Below, one piece after another: positions 27,535-36,483 of a stretch of 64,000 bases of DNA. Under the pieces are notes generated by a model. The model saw only the letters and a list, made by a program, of their open reading frames with translations, did no database searches and was not told the DNA's origin. Position 1 is the first letter of the stretch; each line of letters opens with the position of its first letter. The DNA is taken from positions 876,069 through 940,068 of the forward strand of contig CAXNLE010000001.1 of the NCBI GenBank assembly GCA_964203235.1, written 5' to 3'. The position numbers were made by a program, and so were the translations under genes. Source of the DNA: Ilumatobacteraceae bacterium (GTDB lineage Bacteria; Actinomycetota; Acidimicrobiia; Acidimicrobiales; Ilumatobacteraceae).

Positions 27535-27696
27535 AGAAATCCACCTTAAGCAACTTTCACCCAAAGTCCAGATTACCCCTTGCATTGATTAGTAGTAAAA
27601 GAAAATGACGTGGTGAGCTTTATATAGGTGAAAGCGACTCGTTCATCTTCAACGACAGATACGGCGTTTGAGCCATATAAACCCCAGAGGCGAAGT

Positions 27697-27979
27697 CCAT
27701 AACGACCTTTGCATTAGCTGGGGAAATTTTGCGAAACCGTGATTGCTTCAAGCTACGCACATATTTCACTCATCAAACCAAAACAACAAATATTTGCTGA
27801 TGTGGAATGTCCAGATTTATCGAGGGTCAATTTCAATGTCGGGCAGAAAATCACTCACCCCTGGCGACATTGTCTTATTGCATTACACGCCTAGTCTTAG
27901 AAGCGATCTGGAGATTTTGCTGGAGAAAATGAAACAGGCTGGCTTAACACCGGCACTACTTCGAGAATACCTAAAATAA
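27697..27979 (+). pseudogene. decayed partial copy of the polysaccharide deacetylase gene
   Basis: TFALAGEILRNRDCF.. aligns to TFALAGELWQNRDWF of the parent. An internal deletion of ~170 nt then removes the HTNTH/RPPGG motifs and causes a frame break. The last 63 codons (KYLLMWNVQIYRGS..LLREYLK) are ~90% identical to the parent C-terminus. Confidence 0.6.
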
Positions 27980-28013
27980 CTCAACGACTTACATTGAATA
28001 AACACTTCTTGTT

Positions 28014-30074
28014 TTAAGGATCAATTTTTGTTGGAATCTTAAAGAATAAAAATGGGCTGGCTCCGTCTGGTTCATACAGAACAAATCCAGGACAAGGTAC
28101 ATTCGATAAGTCCCAGTCACCCTTTGGCACTAATGCAAAATCGGCCTGCGAATTCAATGCTGGCCTGCAACCGACTTCTCTAATCTCGTCACTAATTAAG
28201 AGATCTTTAATCAAAATAATACCTAGACCATTTTTGACTCCGCTCAGCATCGAAATCGCAGGACCATCGTTACCCATGTAAACATATGTTGTGCCAGAGT
28301 CTTGATCGCGAAGATCAATAAGACTTCGGTAAACCTCCGTTTGCTTAATTGCTCGAGAACTCCATTGATTCCCTGCGCCGGCCATTCGAAGCCATTCAAA
28401 GCTTGGGTTGGGTGCCTGTGTCAGCGAAACAATTGGAATCAAGAGGACACAAAACAGCGGCGCAAAAACCAACTTAAGTGGTTTATTCTCCAAAGGGTTG
28501 AAGTCTTCAAGAGACAAAGTCGAAATTCGTGGTCTCATTAGTCCGGCAAGGCCAACAATACAAAAACTAAGAGGGATTAACGATGGGACTATTTCTGGCA
28601 CGAGTGAACGTCCTGAAAAATAAATTAGGGTCGCTGAGCCCCAAAGGCCTCCGAAAGCCAAAAGTATCGCAGATCGAATCTCTGTACTATCTAGTTTTGT
28701 TGATCCGAAAACACGGAAGAGGTAATTTGATCCGAGAACCGCACTGGTTCCAAGCATCGCAAAAAAGAAGGTCCACAGCCCGAAGAATGGCATCGCTAAA
28801 TTACCAAACCCGTCCACTCCATGAGCTCTAACCATTAACGACCATTTTGAAAGGTTGATGCTCGATTCGTTTGCCTTGTACGAGACAACGATGAAAGCTA
28901 GCGCGGCTAAAGAACCGAGAAATACTTTCAGTAAATCATTGCGACCGACAAGAGAAAGTCTTGTGATAAAAAACAAAACAATAATTACCGCTATTGAAGC
29001 AGGTACGCCGAATTCAATATTGTTGAAGCCAGTAAAAATAAGAAAAAGTCCTGTTAGGAAACAAAAGATTGATTTGATGCGACTCTGACTTCGGGTGGCA
29101 AGCTCACAGATCAAAACCAGTAACACAACCGGTAGGACACTTCGAACGGGGATGGTGCTCATTTGCTGGGCAATTCCTCCCCATGCACGACGGTATGTTG
29201 CGTCCTCAACTGAGTGAATATTGGGTTGCACCTTTATACAGATCACCGCAACTGGTATCAGAACCGCAATACCCCAATGTTTAAGGTTTAGAGACTTCTT
29301 AGTGAGATACCCGATACCAAATATTTGTATAACAACCAGAAGATTGACCCAAACAAGAGCAGAATTGACCACTGCATCAGCTGGCAAAAAGGATAGGACT
29401 TTCAGTGGCCAACTCAGGAATCCTGAATATTGCGGCGCAATCTCCGAATAAGGCATTGCTCCGCTTGCCATTATCAAGAAATCATTCAAAACATAGCGAG
29501 AGTGGTAGAGATCAATTATTCCTTTAAATGGTTGGATCGCTGACGGTAAGTAGTAGCAGAACAAAACAATATAAGCTCCGATATCTAACAGGCTTGTCAC
29601 ATGTGATTTATCGAGCTCAACAAATTTTTTCAACTGAGTTGAAACCAAATATGTCAGCAGCAATGAAACCGCGAGCATTATTAGCGCGAATTTATCGCCC
29701 CACCCAAACCACAAAACTTTTGAATATTCAGCAAATAGCGGATCGCCCCAACGCCAAGAAATTGTCAGCACTATCAATGCAACCGCGGTGATTGACCAAA
29801 AGCTGACTTCGGCTTCAGAGATTACTCTCGAAATATATTTCGGTATTACAAAAAACCCAATCACGCAAAGCATGAGTAAAACAACAACCGTCAAACGGTC
29901 AGCAATTTCTGCCTGCGAGAGATTGGCGAAAGTCTCAAATTGTTGCATTCGAGAAGTAATTGGTGAACCGAAGCGCATGAACATCGTCAGCACAACTACC
30001 AAGCACACGATTGAAGCATTAAATGCAAATGCCAACTGTTCGACAGGACTAAGCCTTCTGCCTTCACTTTTCAT
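28014..30074 (-). CDS. 686-aa polytopic membrane protein, unknown function (duplication copy 2)
   Basis: It is collinear with 25474..27534 over its full length. By eye identity is roughly 85% at the amino-acid level. Confidence 0.7.
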   Translation of the reverse strand: MKSEGRRLSPVEQLAFAFNASIVCLVVVLTMFMRFGSPITSRMQQFETFANLSQAEIADRLTVVVLLMLCVIGFFVIPKYISRVISEAEVSFWSITAVALIVLTISWRWGDPLFAEYSKVLWFGWGDKFALIMLAVSLLLTYLVSTQLKKFVELDKSHVTSLLDIGAYIVLFCYYLPSAIQPFKGIIDLYHSRYVLNDFLIMASGAMPYSEIAPQYSGFLSWPLKVLSFLPADAVVNSALVWVNLLVVIQIFGIGYLTKKSLNLKHWGIAVLIPVAVICIKVQPNIHSVEDATYRRAWGGIAQQMSTIPVRSVLPVVLLVLICELATRSQSRIKSIFCFLTGLFLIFTGFNNIEFGVPASIAVIIVLFFITRLSLVGRNDLLKVFLGSLAALAFIVVSYKANESSINLSKWSLMVRAHGVDGFGNLAMPFFGLWTFFFAMLGTSAVLGSNYLFRVFGSTKLDSTEIRSAILLAFGGLWGSATLIYFSGRSLVPEIVPSLIPLSFCIVGLAGLMRPRISTLSLEDFNPLENKPLKLVFAPLFCVLLIPIVSLTQAPNPSFEWLRMAGAGNQWSSRAIKQTEVYRSLIDLRDQDSGTTYVYMGNDGPAISMLSGVKNGLGIILIKDLLISDEIREVGCRPALNSQADFALVPKGDWDLSNVPCPGFVLYEPDGASPFLFFKIPTKIDP

Positions 30075-30243
30075 AATAACTAAACCACCCTGAAACCGAA
30101 AATCTCAACCAAATTGTATATATACGACTTACGTTGATTAGTAATAAAAGAAAATGACGTGTCGCGCGACAAAAACAATCCTAGACATAGAGACTCGTTC
30201 AACTTCCACGACAGATACGGCGTTTGAGCCATATAAACCCTAG

Positions 30244-30315
30244 AGGCGACGCCGAGAATCGAACTCGGTTAAAGGGCTTTGCAGGCCCGTGCCTAAGCCA
30301 GTCGGCCACGTCGCC
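30244..30315 (-). tRNA. tRNA-Cys (GCA)
   Basis: Manual cloverleaf: GGCGACG acceptor, anticodon loop CUGCAAA, T arm CCGAG-TTCGATT-CTCGG, 3' strand CGTCGCC. CCA is not encoded. Confidence 0.9.
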
Positions 30316-30324
30316 AAACTTAAT

Positions 30325-30367
30325 TTGACTTGCTCACCCTATCTGACTTAACGAGTGAGCAAGTCAA
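30325..30367 (-). terminator. hairpin downstream of the DUF3048 gene (putative intrinsic terminator)
   Basis: A perfect 13-bp inverted repeat TTGACTTGCTCAC / GTGAGCAAGTCAA with a 17-nt spacer. On the minus strand it is followed by ATTAAGTTT. Confidence 0.45.
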
Positions 30368-30378
30368 CTATTTAAGAA

Positions 30379-31353
30379 CTACTTAACTGTTACTGGCGCT
30401 TTCTTGACAGTGCCGTCAACCAACACGATCATCACCTGACCAACGTCAAACGGTAACTGAGTACCGTTGAAAGAGAACTTTGTGCCAGAAGTTTCTGTTG
30501 GCCGCGACCAAGTTGACTCGAATGACTGACCATTGCGCAAAATAATTGCACGACCCGAACCGACCGATTTGAGCAACGGAGTCTTGCCGCCAAATTTGTC
30601 ACCAAATTTAGTTGTCTTGCGATCAACAAATTGGAGCACAACAGTCTTCGGAGTTAGCAATTTTCCAGTTGCTGCGTCTTTGTGAGTCGTTCCATCAAAA
30701 GCAATAGTCCAGCCAGTGCCGTTCCATGTTCCGGCAACTTTTGCAGATGCCCAAGATGCACTAAATGTTTTAGCTGCAACACCGCCAACGGCTGGCGCAG
30801 CGTTGAACGTCAAACCAATATCTTTGACTGCGCCCACTTTTGTCTCTTTAGCCATCATTGCGGCGAGTTTCAATAACTGATTATGTGGCGCCGACTTTTT
30901 TGAACTTCGGAAATAATAAGTAGAGCGGTCGCTTGGTGAGAGCGAAACCGACTGCGACTTGCGGATGATATTCAAGAGAACATCATTGGCGCCGCTGAAA
31001 GCAAGACCTGGTTTTGTGAATTGCTTCAAAAGCTCAAGGTCAGAAATACGGGCACTGCGGGTTGGCCCAACGACATCCGGGAACTTTGAGTTAAACATCG
31101 CAGCAACCCTCGTTAGGCCCCACTCAACTTCTTCGACGTAGAAAAGATCAGATTGATTGAGGCTGTAGTGCGGACGGTCAGGCCTCGCATTGCCGTACTT
31201 GACCATTACAACTGGTCGACCTTCACCACCAGGTAGACCCGACAGCGGGCTGTCACCAGCGGCTGCATTTACTGAACCACTAATGCCGGAGAGACCGGAA
31301 ACAGTTAAGCCGAGAGTTAATAAGACTGTGATTAATTTGTTTTTTCTCATCAC
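30379..31353 (-). CDS. secreted DUF3048-family protein (YerB-like)
   Basis: 324 aa with a signal peptide. PVVMVKYGNARPDRPHYSLNQSDLFYVEEVEWGLTRVAAMFNS..GPTRSAR matches the DUF3048 N-terminal pattern as I remember it. Confidence 0.65.
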   Translation of the reverse strand: MMRKNKLITVLLTLGLTVSGLSGISGSVNAAAGDSPLSGLPGGEGRPVVMVKYGNARPDRPHYSLNQSDLFYVEEVEWGLTRVAAMFNSKFPDVVGPTRSARISDLELLKQFTKPGLAFSGANDVLLNIIRKSQSVSLSPSDRSTYYFRSSKKSAPHNQLLKLAAMMAKETKVGAVKDIGLTFNAAPAVGGVAAKTFSASWASAKVAGTWNGTGWTIAFDGTTHKDAATGKLLTPKTVVLQFVDRKTTKFGDKFGGKTPLLKSVGSGRAIILRNGQSFESTWSRPTETSGTKFSFNGTQLPFDVGQVMIVLVDGTVKKAPVTVK

Positions 31354-31433
31354 ACGAGATTAGTTAAAACAGCTGTGTAAACCGTGGCATTGATTCTTCG
31401 TCTGCCATAGCCACTATTCGTTAACCTATTTAT

Positions 31434-32603
31434 GTGACAGATAATCAGCCGATGCAGGTCGCAACTACAGCAATAACTTCGGGCCGCGATGGATCAAAAG
31501 CACTCGCGCCATCACTGTCGACTTCGAGTACTTGGACGAGTTCAGGCCTTGAGGAGAGTAATCGACAAGCAAATGCGCTGCATCAAATAGGAAACTATTC
31601 GCGCTATGCCAATCCAACGGTTGAGTATTTCGAACACGCCGTCGCCGAATTGGAAAATACCGACTCAGCACTTGCATTCGCATCTGGCATGGGGGCAATT
31701 TCTAGCGTGATTTTGGCATTGTGTTCAACTGGCGACCACATTGTTGCACAACGAAATTGCTATGCAGGAACACTTGCGTTCCTTAATGGACCATGCGCGC
31801 GACTCGGAATTGACGTGACGTTTGTAGATGGACGCAACGCGCACGAGTTCGCCTCAGCGGTGCGAGCAGGAAAAACGATGTTGGTGATGGCCGAGTCGCC
31901 ATCTAATCCACTTATTGATTTAGTTGACCTCACAGAATTTGGCAAAATTAAAGGACCGTTCACACTTGTTGACTCGACACTCGCAACGCCGTTGGCGCAA
32001 CGACCACATGACTACGGAGTTTCTATTGTCTTACATTCAGCGACTAAAGGTATCGCAGGACACAACGACGCAACACTCGGTGTGATAGCCGCAGATTTAG
32101 ATTTGATCAATGACATCTGGGCGTATGCCGTTTTGCACGGGGCTACAGCTTCACCGTTTGATGCAATGAACGGCTTACGCGGAATTCGCACACTCGATGT
32201 GCGACTCGCAAGACAAAGTGAGACTGCACAAGAGCTCGCGCTGTGGCTATCGACTCAAAAGAATGTAACAGGCGTGCACTACCCTGGTCTCAAGTCGCAT
32301 CCACAACACGAGTTAGCAGTGAAACAGATGCGTTATTTTGGATCTGTTCTTTCATTTGAAATCGTTGGCGGAAAGCCCGCGGCATCAAAGTTGTTGAGTG
32401 AGTTAAAACTCGTGCGACCGGCCGTCACACTCGGAGGTCCAGAAACACTTATTAGTCATTCAGCGTCAAGTACACATAACAGTGTTGACGTTGAAACTAA
32501 AACTAAAACTGGATTGAACGATTCGCTATTGCGGATCTCAATTGGTCTTGAGTCTGTAATCGATATCAAAAACGACTTAGAGAAAGCCTTGAAAAGCTGT
32601 TAA
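31434..32603 (+). CDS. Cys/Met-metabolism PLP-dependent enzyme (cystathionine gamma-synthase/lyase family)
   Basis: 389 aa with a GTG start. The PLP-lysine context is [12 protein letters not shown], and the family-typical C-terminus is ..LLRISIGLE. Confidence 0.85.
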   Translation: MTDNQPMQVATTAITSGRDGSKALAPSLSTSSTWTSSGLEESNRQANALHQIGNYSRYANPTVEYFEHAVAELENTDSALAFASGMGAISSVILALCSTGDHIVAQRNCYAGTLAFLNGPCARLGIDVTFVDGRNAHEFASAVRAGKTMLVMAESPSNPLIDLVDLTEFGKIKGPFTLVDSTLATPLAQRPHDYGVSIVLHSATKGIAGHNDATLGVIAADLDLINDIWAYAVLHGATASPFDAMNGLRGIRTLDVRLARQSETAQELALWLSTQKNVTGVHYPGLKSHPQHELAVKQMRYFGSVLSFEIVGGKPAASKLLSELKLVRPAVTLGGPETLISHSASSTHNSVDVETKTKTGLNDSLLRISIGLESVIDIKNDLEKALKSC

Positions 32604-32770
32604 CGCTCTTCTTTGAAGATCACGTGCTTGCGCACGACTGGGTCATACTTTTTAAGTTCTAAACGCTCACGAGAATTTACTTTGTTCTTGCGAGTGACAT
32701 AAGTAAAACCTGTGTCTGCTGTGCTGCGAAGTTTAATGATTGGACGCTTGTCTTTACTTTTAGCTGCCAT
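32600..32770 (-). CDS. rpmG: 50S ribosomal protein L33 (Cys-free form); not in track
   Basis: Own translation: [56 protein letters not shown]. Confidence 0.9.
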   Translation of the reverse strand: MAAKSKDKRPIIKLRSTADTGFTYVTRKNKVNSRERLELKKYDPVVRKHVIFKEER

Positions 32771-32779
32771 GACGGTTGC

Positions 32780-33016
32780 TCAAACTTTCTTTCCGGCGCG
32801 ACGCATTTCGGCGACGACTGATTCGATACCACGCTTATCAATTGTGCGAACACCCTTGGTGCTTACCGTGAGTGTCACCCAACGACGCTCTGATGGTAAC
32901 CAGAAACGGCGTTTGTGTGAATTGACTCTCCACCAACGCTTTGTACGAATATGGGAGTGAGAGATTGTATGACCCTTACTTGGGGTCTTTCCGAGGACAT
33001 CACAGCGATTTGGCAT
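32780..33016 (-). CDS. rpmB: 50S ribosomal protein L28
   Basis: It lies inside track ORF 32780..33208, with the real start at [46 protein letters not shown] (78 aa). Confidence 0.9.
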   Translation of the reverse strand: MPNRCDVLGKTPSKGHTISHSHIRTKRWWRVNSHKRRFWLPSERRWVTLTVSTKGVRTIDKRGIESVVAEMRRAGKKV

Positions 33017-33061
33017 TTGAACAGTATAGAGGGCACGAATACCCCGATACACTTTGTCACC

Positions 33062-33352
33062 ATGAAACCCGACATCCACCCCGACTATCAACCAGTAGTT
33101 TTCGAAGACGCTTCTGCGAACTATCGATTCTTGACCCGATCGACTTTGAAGGCTGATCCAACCAAGACTGTTGTCTGGGAAGACGGGAACACTTACCCGC
33201 TCGTTCAATTAGATATTTCGAATGCGAGTCACCCGTTCTACACGGGTCAAATGAAGATCATTGACTCTGCTGGTCGTGTTGAGCGTTTCAACAAGCGCTA
33301 TGGCGCACGCAAAAAGACAGTCGTTAAAAAGGAACCTACCTCAAAAAAGTAA
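33062..33352 (+). CDS. rpmE2: 50S ribosomal protein L31 type B (no CxxC zinc motif)
   Basis: It lies inside track ORF 32951..33352, with the real start at [42 protein letters not shown]. Confidence 0.9.
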   Translation: MKPDIHPDYQPVVFEDASANYRFLTRSTLKADPTKTVVWEDGNTYPLVQLDISNASHPFYTGQMKIIDSAGRVERFNKRYGARKKTVVKKEPTSKK

Positions 33353-33375
33353 AAGATTTAAGTTTGTAAAGCAAA

Positions 33376-34584
33376 CTATCGCTTGACGATAATTTCGCTT
33401 GACAGGTTCTTAACAGAAGTCTCACCAATCAGCGCCATTGTGCGCGAAATTCCGCTCGTGATGTGATCAAGCGCCCACTGCACACCAACTTCGCCGGCCG
33501 CACCCAAACCATAAAGATAAGGTCGCCCAAACATCACTGCACGCGCACCGAGCGCACAGGCTTTAACCACATCAGAGCCGCGGCGGGCGCCGCCGTCAAC
33601 TAGTACTTCAATTGAATCGCCGACTGCGTCAATCACACTTGGCAGCAATTCGATGGGTGCGGGCGCACCGTCAAGTTGACGACCGCCGTGATTTGAAAGC
33701 GCGATCGCATCAACGCCAAGCGATGCAGCAGTCTTAGCATCTTCAACGCATTGAATGCCCTTGAGCATGATCGGCAGACCGGATTCTTCTCGAATCCACT
33801 CAAGATCTTTCCAACTTAAAGTTGGGTCAAATTGCGAATTGACATAGTCGGATAAATTGATCGCCTTTGAGCCATCAACATCTGAGCGACCAGCAACAGC
33901 GGAAAATGTAATCGGCTCGTTTGTAACGAACTTATATGTCCAACGCGGATGACGAATACCGTCAATAAAAGTTTCAAGACCAATTTTTGGCGGAAGTGTG
34001 AAACCGCGACGCACATCGCGCTCACGCCGACCAAAAACAGAGGTATCAACCGTGACCATAATGGATTTGTAGCCCGCCGCTTTGGCGCGTTGAACGAGTT
34101 CGCGAGATAGACCGCGATCACGCCAAACATAGAGCTGGTACCACAACGGGCCAGTTGCAACCGCTGCGACTTCTTCGATACTTCGTGTACCAAGCGTTGA
34201 CAATGTAAACGGCAGAGAGTTTCGCCCTGCAACACGAGCAACGGCAAGTTCGCCCTGCGGGTGGGCAATTCGAGTGAAACCAGTTGGTGAGAGAGCAATC
34301 GGAAACGGCACTGGCTGCCCCATGATCGTTGTCGCGGTGTCGATTTGCGAGACATCACGCAAGACTTTAGGGATTAGTCCAAATTTTGAATAGGCCGAAC
34401 TGTTATTGGCAAGTGACCATTCGTCTTCTGCTGCTCCATCAAAATAGTCAAACACGCCGCCGGGCAGATTCCGTTTGGCGAGAAGGCGTAAATCTTTGAG
34501 ATCACCACATGCAGCCAACCGGCGCTTGTCGCCATTGAATTCGAACTTGCGGAGTTGAACTACTGATCTAACTGATTTGAGCAT
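33376..34584 (-). CDS. FMN-dependent alpha-hydroxy-acid dehydrogenase/oxidase (LldD / glycolate oxidase family)
   Basis: 402 aa with the signature LSNHGGRQLDG and the TIM-barrel FMN family layout. Confidence 0.85.
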   Translation of the reverse strand: MLKSVRSVVQLRKFEFNGDKRRLAACGDLKDLRLLAKRNLPGGVFDYFDGAAEDEWSLANNSSAYSKFGLIPKVLRDVSQIDTATTIMGQPVPFPIALSPTGFTRIAHPQGELAVARVAGRNSLPFTLSTLGTRSIEEVAAVATGPLWYQLYVWRDRGLSRELVQRAKAAGYKSIMVTVDTSVFGRRERDVRRGFTLPPKIGLETFIDGIRHPRWTYKFVTNEPITFSAVAGRSDVDGSKAINLSDYVNSQFDPTLSWKDLEWIREESGLPIMLKGIQCVEDAKTAASLGVDAIALSNHGGRQLDGAPAPIELLPSVIDAVGDSIEVLVDGGARRGSDVVKACALGARAVMFGRPYLYGLGAAGEVGVQWALDHITSGISRTMALIGETSVKNLSSEIIVKR

Positions 34585-34588
34585 GAAC

Positions 34589-36022
34589 CTACCCTAGCGA
34601 ATTTATAATATCTGATACTTCATCAATCGTCGTTCGTGGATTAATAATGCAAAAGCGAAAAATAGTTTCGCCGTTAAGTGTGGTTGGCACTACGAATGCA
34701 CGACCTTCGTTGAGCATCTTGTCACTCCAGGCTTGATATTGCTGTGGCGTCCAACCAATGCGCTTAAACACAATTACCGATAGTTCGGGCTCAAGCAATA
34801 ATTCAAGGTACATCGCATTTTTGATTAATTGCGTTGCTTCGCGCGTGACTTGCAAGGTGATCTCCATTGCTTCTTCGTATGCCTCAGTGCCGTGTGTTGC
34901 AACACTGAACCAGAAAGGCAAACCTCTTGCACGCCGCGACAAGTGATGAGCCATATCAGCGGGATTCGCAAGTGCGTCACCGAGTTCTTGTTGTTGCAAA
35001 ACCTCTAGATATTCGGCACGTTGAGTATGCGCATGGCGAGCCGTTTCGGGGTCGCGATAAATCAACGCACAACAATCGAATGGACCAAAAAGCCATTTGT
35101 GAGGATCGACGATAAAGCTGTCAGCAAGTTCGATGCCAACAAAGAGATGTCTCACACTTGGTGCACATAACGCTGCCGCACCGTAAGCCCCGTCAACATG
35201 AAACCATGTTCCGAGATCTCGCGCTTGCTCGCCCGCCGCCACAAGATCATCAATCACACCAAGATTTGTTGTACCCGAAGTTGCAACAATTGCACAAATT
35301 CTTTGACGGTCTTGGTCGTCTAATTCAGCAATGGCGGCGCGCAAGTTAACGCCAGACATTCTGCCCTGTGCATCGGCTTGAACTTTGACCACATCTGAAT
35401 CCATCGCATTTGCGGCGAGCGCAACCGAAGAGTGTGCACCCGACGATGTGACGAGAATTGGTCGAACGCGGTCGTAGGCACCTTTGCCGTTCTGTCGCCA
35501 ACGCCAACGGGCGGCGATTAATGCAGAAAGATTGCCGGCGGTACCACCGCTAACAAAAACACCGGCGCTAGTAGCGGGAAAGTTTGCCAGACTTGCCACC
35601 CATTGCAATGCTTGATTCTCGGCGTAGACCGCACCAGAACTTTCTAGCCAAGACCCCGCATAAATATTCGAAGCACTCAACACGAGATCAAACAACACCG
35701 CGCTTTCTGTAGGGGCGCCAGGCACGAACGATAAAAACGAAGGATGATCAACACTGATGCACGCGTGAGAGAGATGTTTAGTGAAAATCTCAAGAGCTTT
35801 AAGACCGCCAAGACCTTCTGGAGTAATCGTGTTACCGACTAAGGCTTCTAGTTGGCTCAATGTTTTTGGGCCATCCAAGGGTGGCGGATCAAGCCGAATT
35901 CGGTCGAGTGCATATTCAACTACTGCCTCTGCGAGTTTTTCACTGTCTTGATCGTGATAGTGCATCCAATAACCATCAGACTCGTTGCCAGTTGACGGAT
36001 GCTGTGGGAGACTTGTCACCAT
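34589..36022 (-). CDS. group II PLP-dependent amino-acid decarboxylase
   Basis: 477 aa with PLP-lysine context (FIVDPHKWLFGPFDC) and HVDGAYGAAA. Confidence 0.85.
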   Translation of the reverse strand: MVTSLPQHPSTGNESDGYWMHYHDQDSEKLAEAVVEYALDRIRLDPPPLDGPKTLSQLEALVGNTITPEGLGGLKALEIFTKHLSHACISVDHPSFLSFVPGAPTESAVLFDLVLSASNIYAGSWLESSGAVYAENQALQWVASLANFPATSAGVFVSGGTAGNLSALIAARWRWRQNGKGAYDRVRPILVTSSGAHSSVALAANAMDSDVVKVQADAQGRMSGVNLRAAIAELDDQDRQRICAIVATSGTTNLGVIDDLVAAGEQARDLGTWFHVDGAYGAAALCAPSVRHLFVGIELADSFIVDPHKWLFGPFDCCALIYRDPETARHAHTQRAEYLEVLQQQELGDALANPADMAHHLSRRARGLPFWFSVATHGTEAYEEAMEITLQVTREATQLIKNAMYLELLLEPELSVIVFKRIGWTPQQYQAWSDKMLNEGRAFVVPTTLNGETIFRFCIINPRTTIDEVSDIINSLG

Positions 36023-36076
36023 ATTTTCAGAACCACGGTGCCGAACTCTACTTGCGCAAAACGATATTCTTTAACC

Positions 36077-36478
36077 ATGCCCTCAAATTTTAGATTAATT
36101 AAATTTATTTCAACTTCAGTGTTGCTTATTTCAGTTGGCCTCTTCTTGGGCTCTTGCTCGTCAAGCAGTAGTTCTTCTTCGATTGAATTATCTGCCGAGG
36201 CTCAGGCTGGGCAAACACTTTCATCGGCTTCTGGGTGCGCAAGTTGCCATGGTTCAAATGGCGAAGGTCGTGTTGGCCCGAAGTGGACTGGTTTGGCCGA
36301 TTCGCAAGTGACGATGTCTGACGGCACAACCGTTATCGCCGACGATGCGTATTTGTACACGTCGATTCACGAGCCGAACGCAATGCGCCGAAAAGGTGCG
36401 GTTGGGCAAATGCCGTCAAATCAATTGACTGACGAAGAGATCGCCAGCATCATTGTTTATATACGTGCGCTTAAGTAA
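36077..36478 (+). CDS. class I c-type cytochrome, probable lipoprotein
   Basis: I prefer the start MPSNFRL at 36077 (the track ORF starts at 35999, inside the convergent gene region). It has a lipobox-like FLGSC, heme motif CASCHG, and a distal Met in GQMP. Confidence 0.75.
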   Translation: MPSNFRLIKFISTSVLLISVGLFLGSCSSSSSSSSIELSAEAQAGQTLSSASGCASCHGSNGEGRVGPKWTGLADSQVTMSDGTTVIADDAYLYTSIHEPNAMRRKGAVGQMPSNQLTDEEIASIIVYIRALK

Positions 36479-36483
36479 ATCAA

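Larger units (their letters stand above)
24990..30249. repeat. diverged tandem segmental duplication (unit 1 ~24990..27693, unit 2 ~27697..30249)
   Basis: Nucleotide similarity runs from CCGATAACTACCTTTGCA / CCATAACGACCTTTGCA to ..GACAGATACGGCGTTTGAGCCATATAAACCC(C/T)AGAGGCGA in both units. The last 8 nt of the unit are the 3' terminal bases of tRNA-Cys. Confidence 0.75.

Noticed and set aside
27743-27979. The 78-aa track ORF as a functional small gene.
   Set aside because: It is the in-frame tail of a deacetylase copy that has lost its catalytic motifs through a ~170-nt deletion and frame disruption. It was treated as a pseudogene remnant, although expression of the tail cannot be excluded.
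30094-30315. tRNA-Cys with a duplicated 3' fragment, read as the att site of an integrated mobile element.
   Set aside because: The repeated tRNA segment is only 8 nt, and there is no integrase, excisionase or transposase anywhere in the window. The repeat is fully explained as the junction of a tandem duplication.
33017-33061. A possible Zur operator in the divergent spacer between rpmB and rpmE2.
   Set aside because: I could find no AT-rich palindrome resembling the actinobacterial Zur box (TGAAAATGATTTTCA-like). The 45-bp spacer shows no clear dyad symmetry.
32951-33208. The long track ORFs 32951..33352 (+) and 32780..33208 (-), which overlap each other.
   Set aside because: Both are upstream extensions of short ribosomal protein genes. 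The conserved L31 and L28 N-termini ([19 protein letters not shown]) define the real starts at 33062 and 33016.
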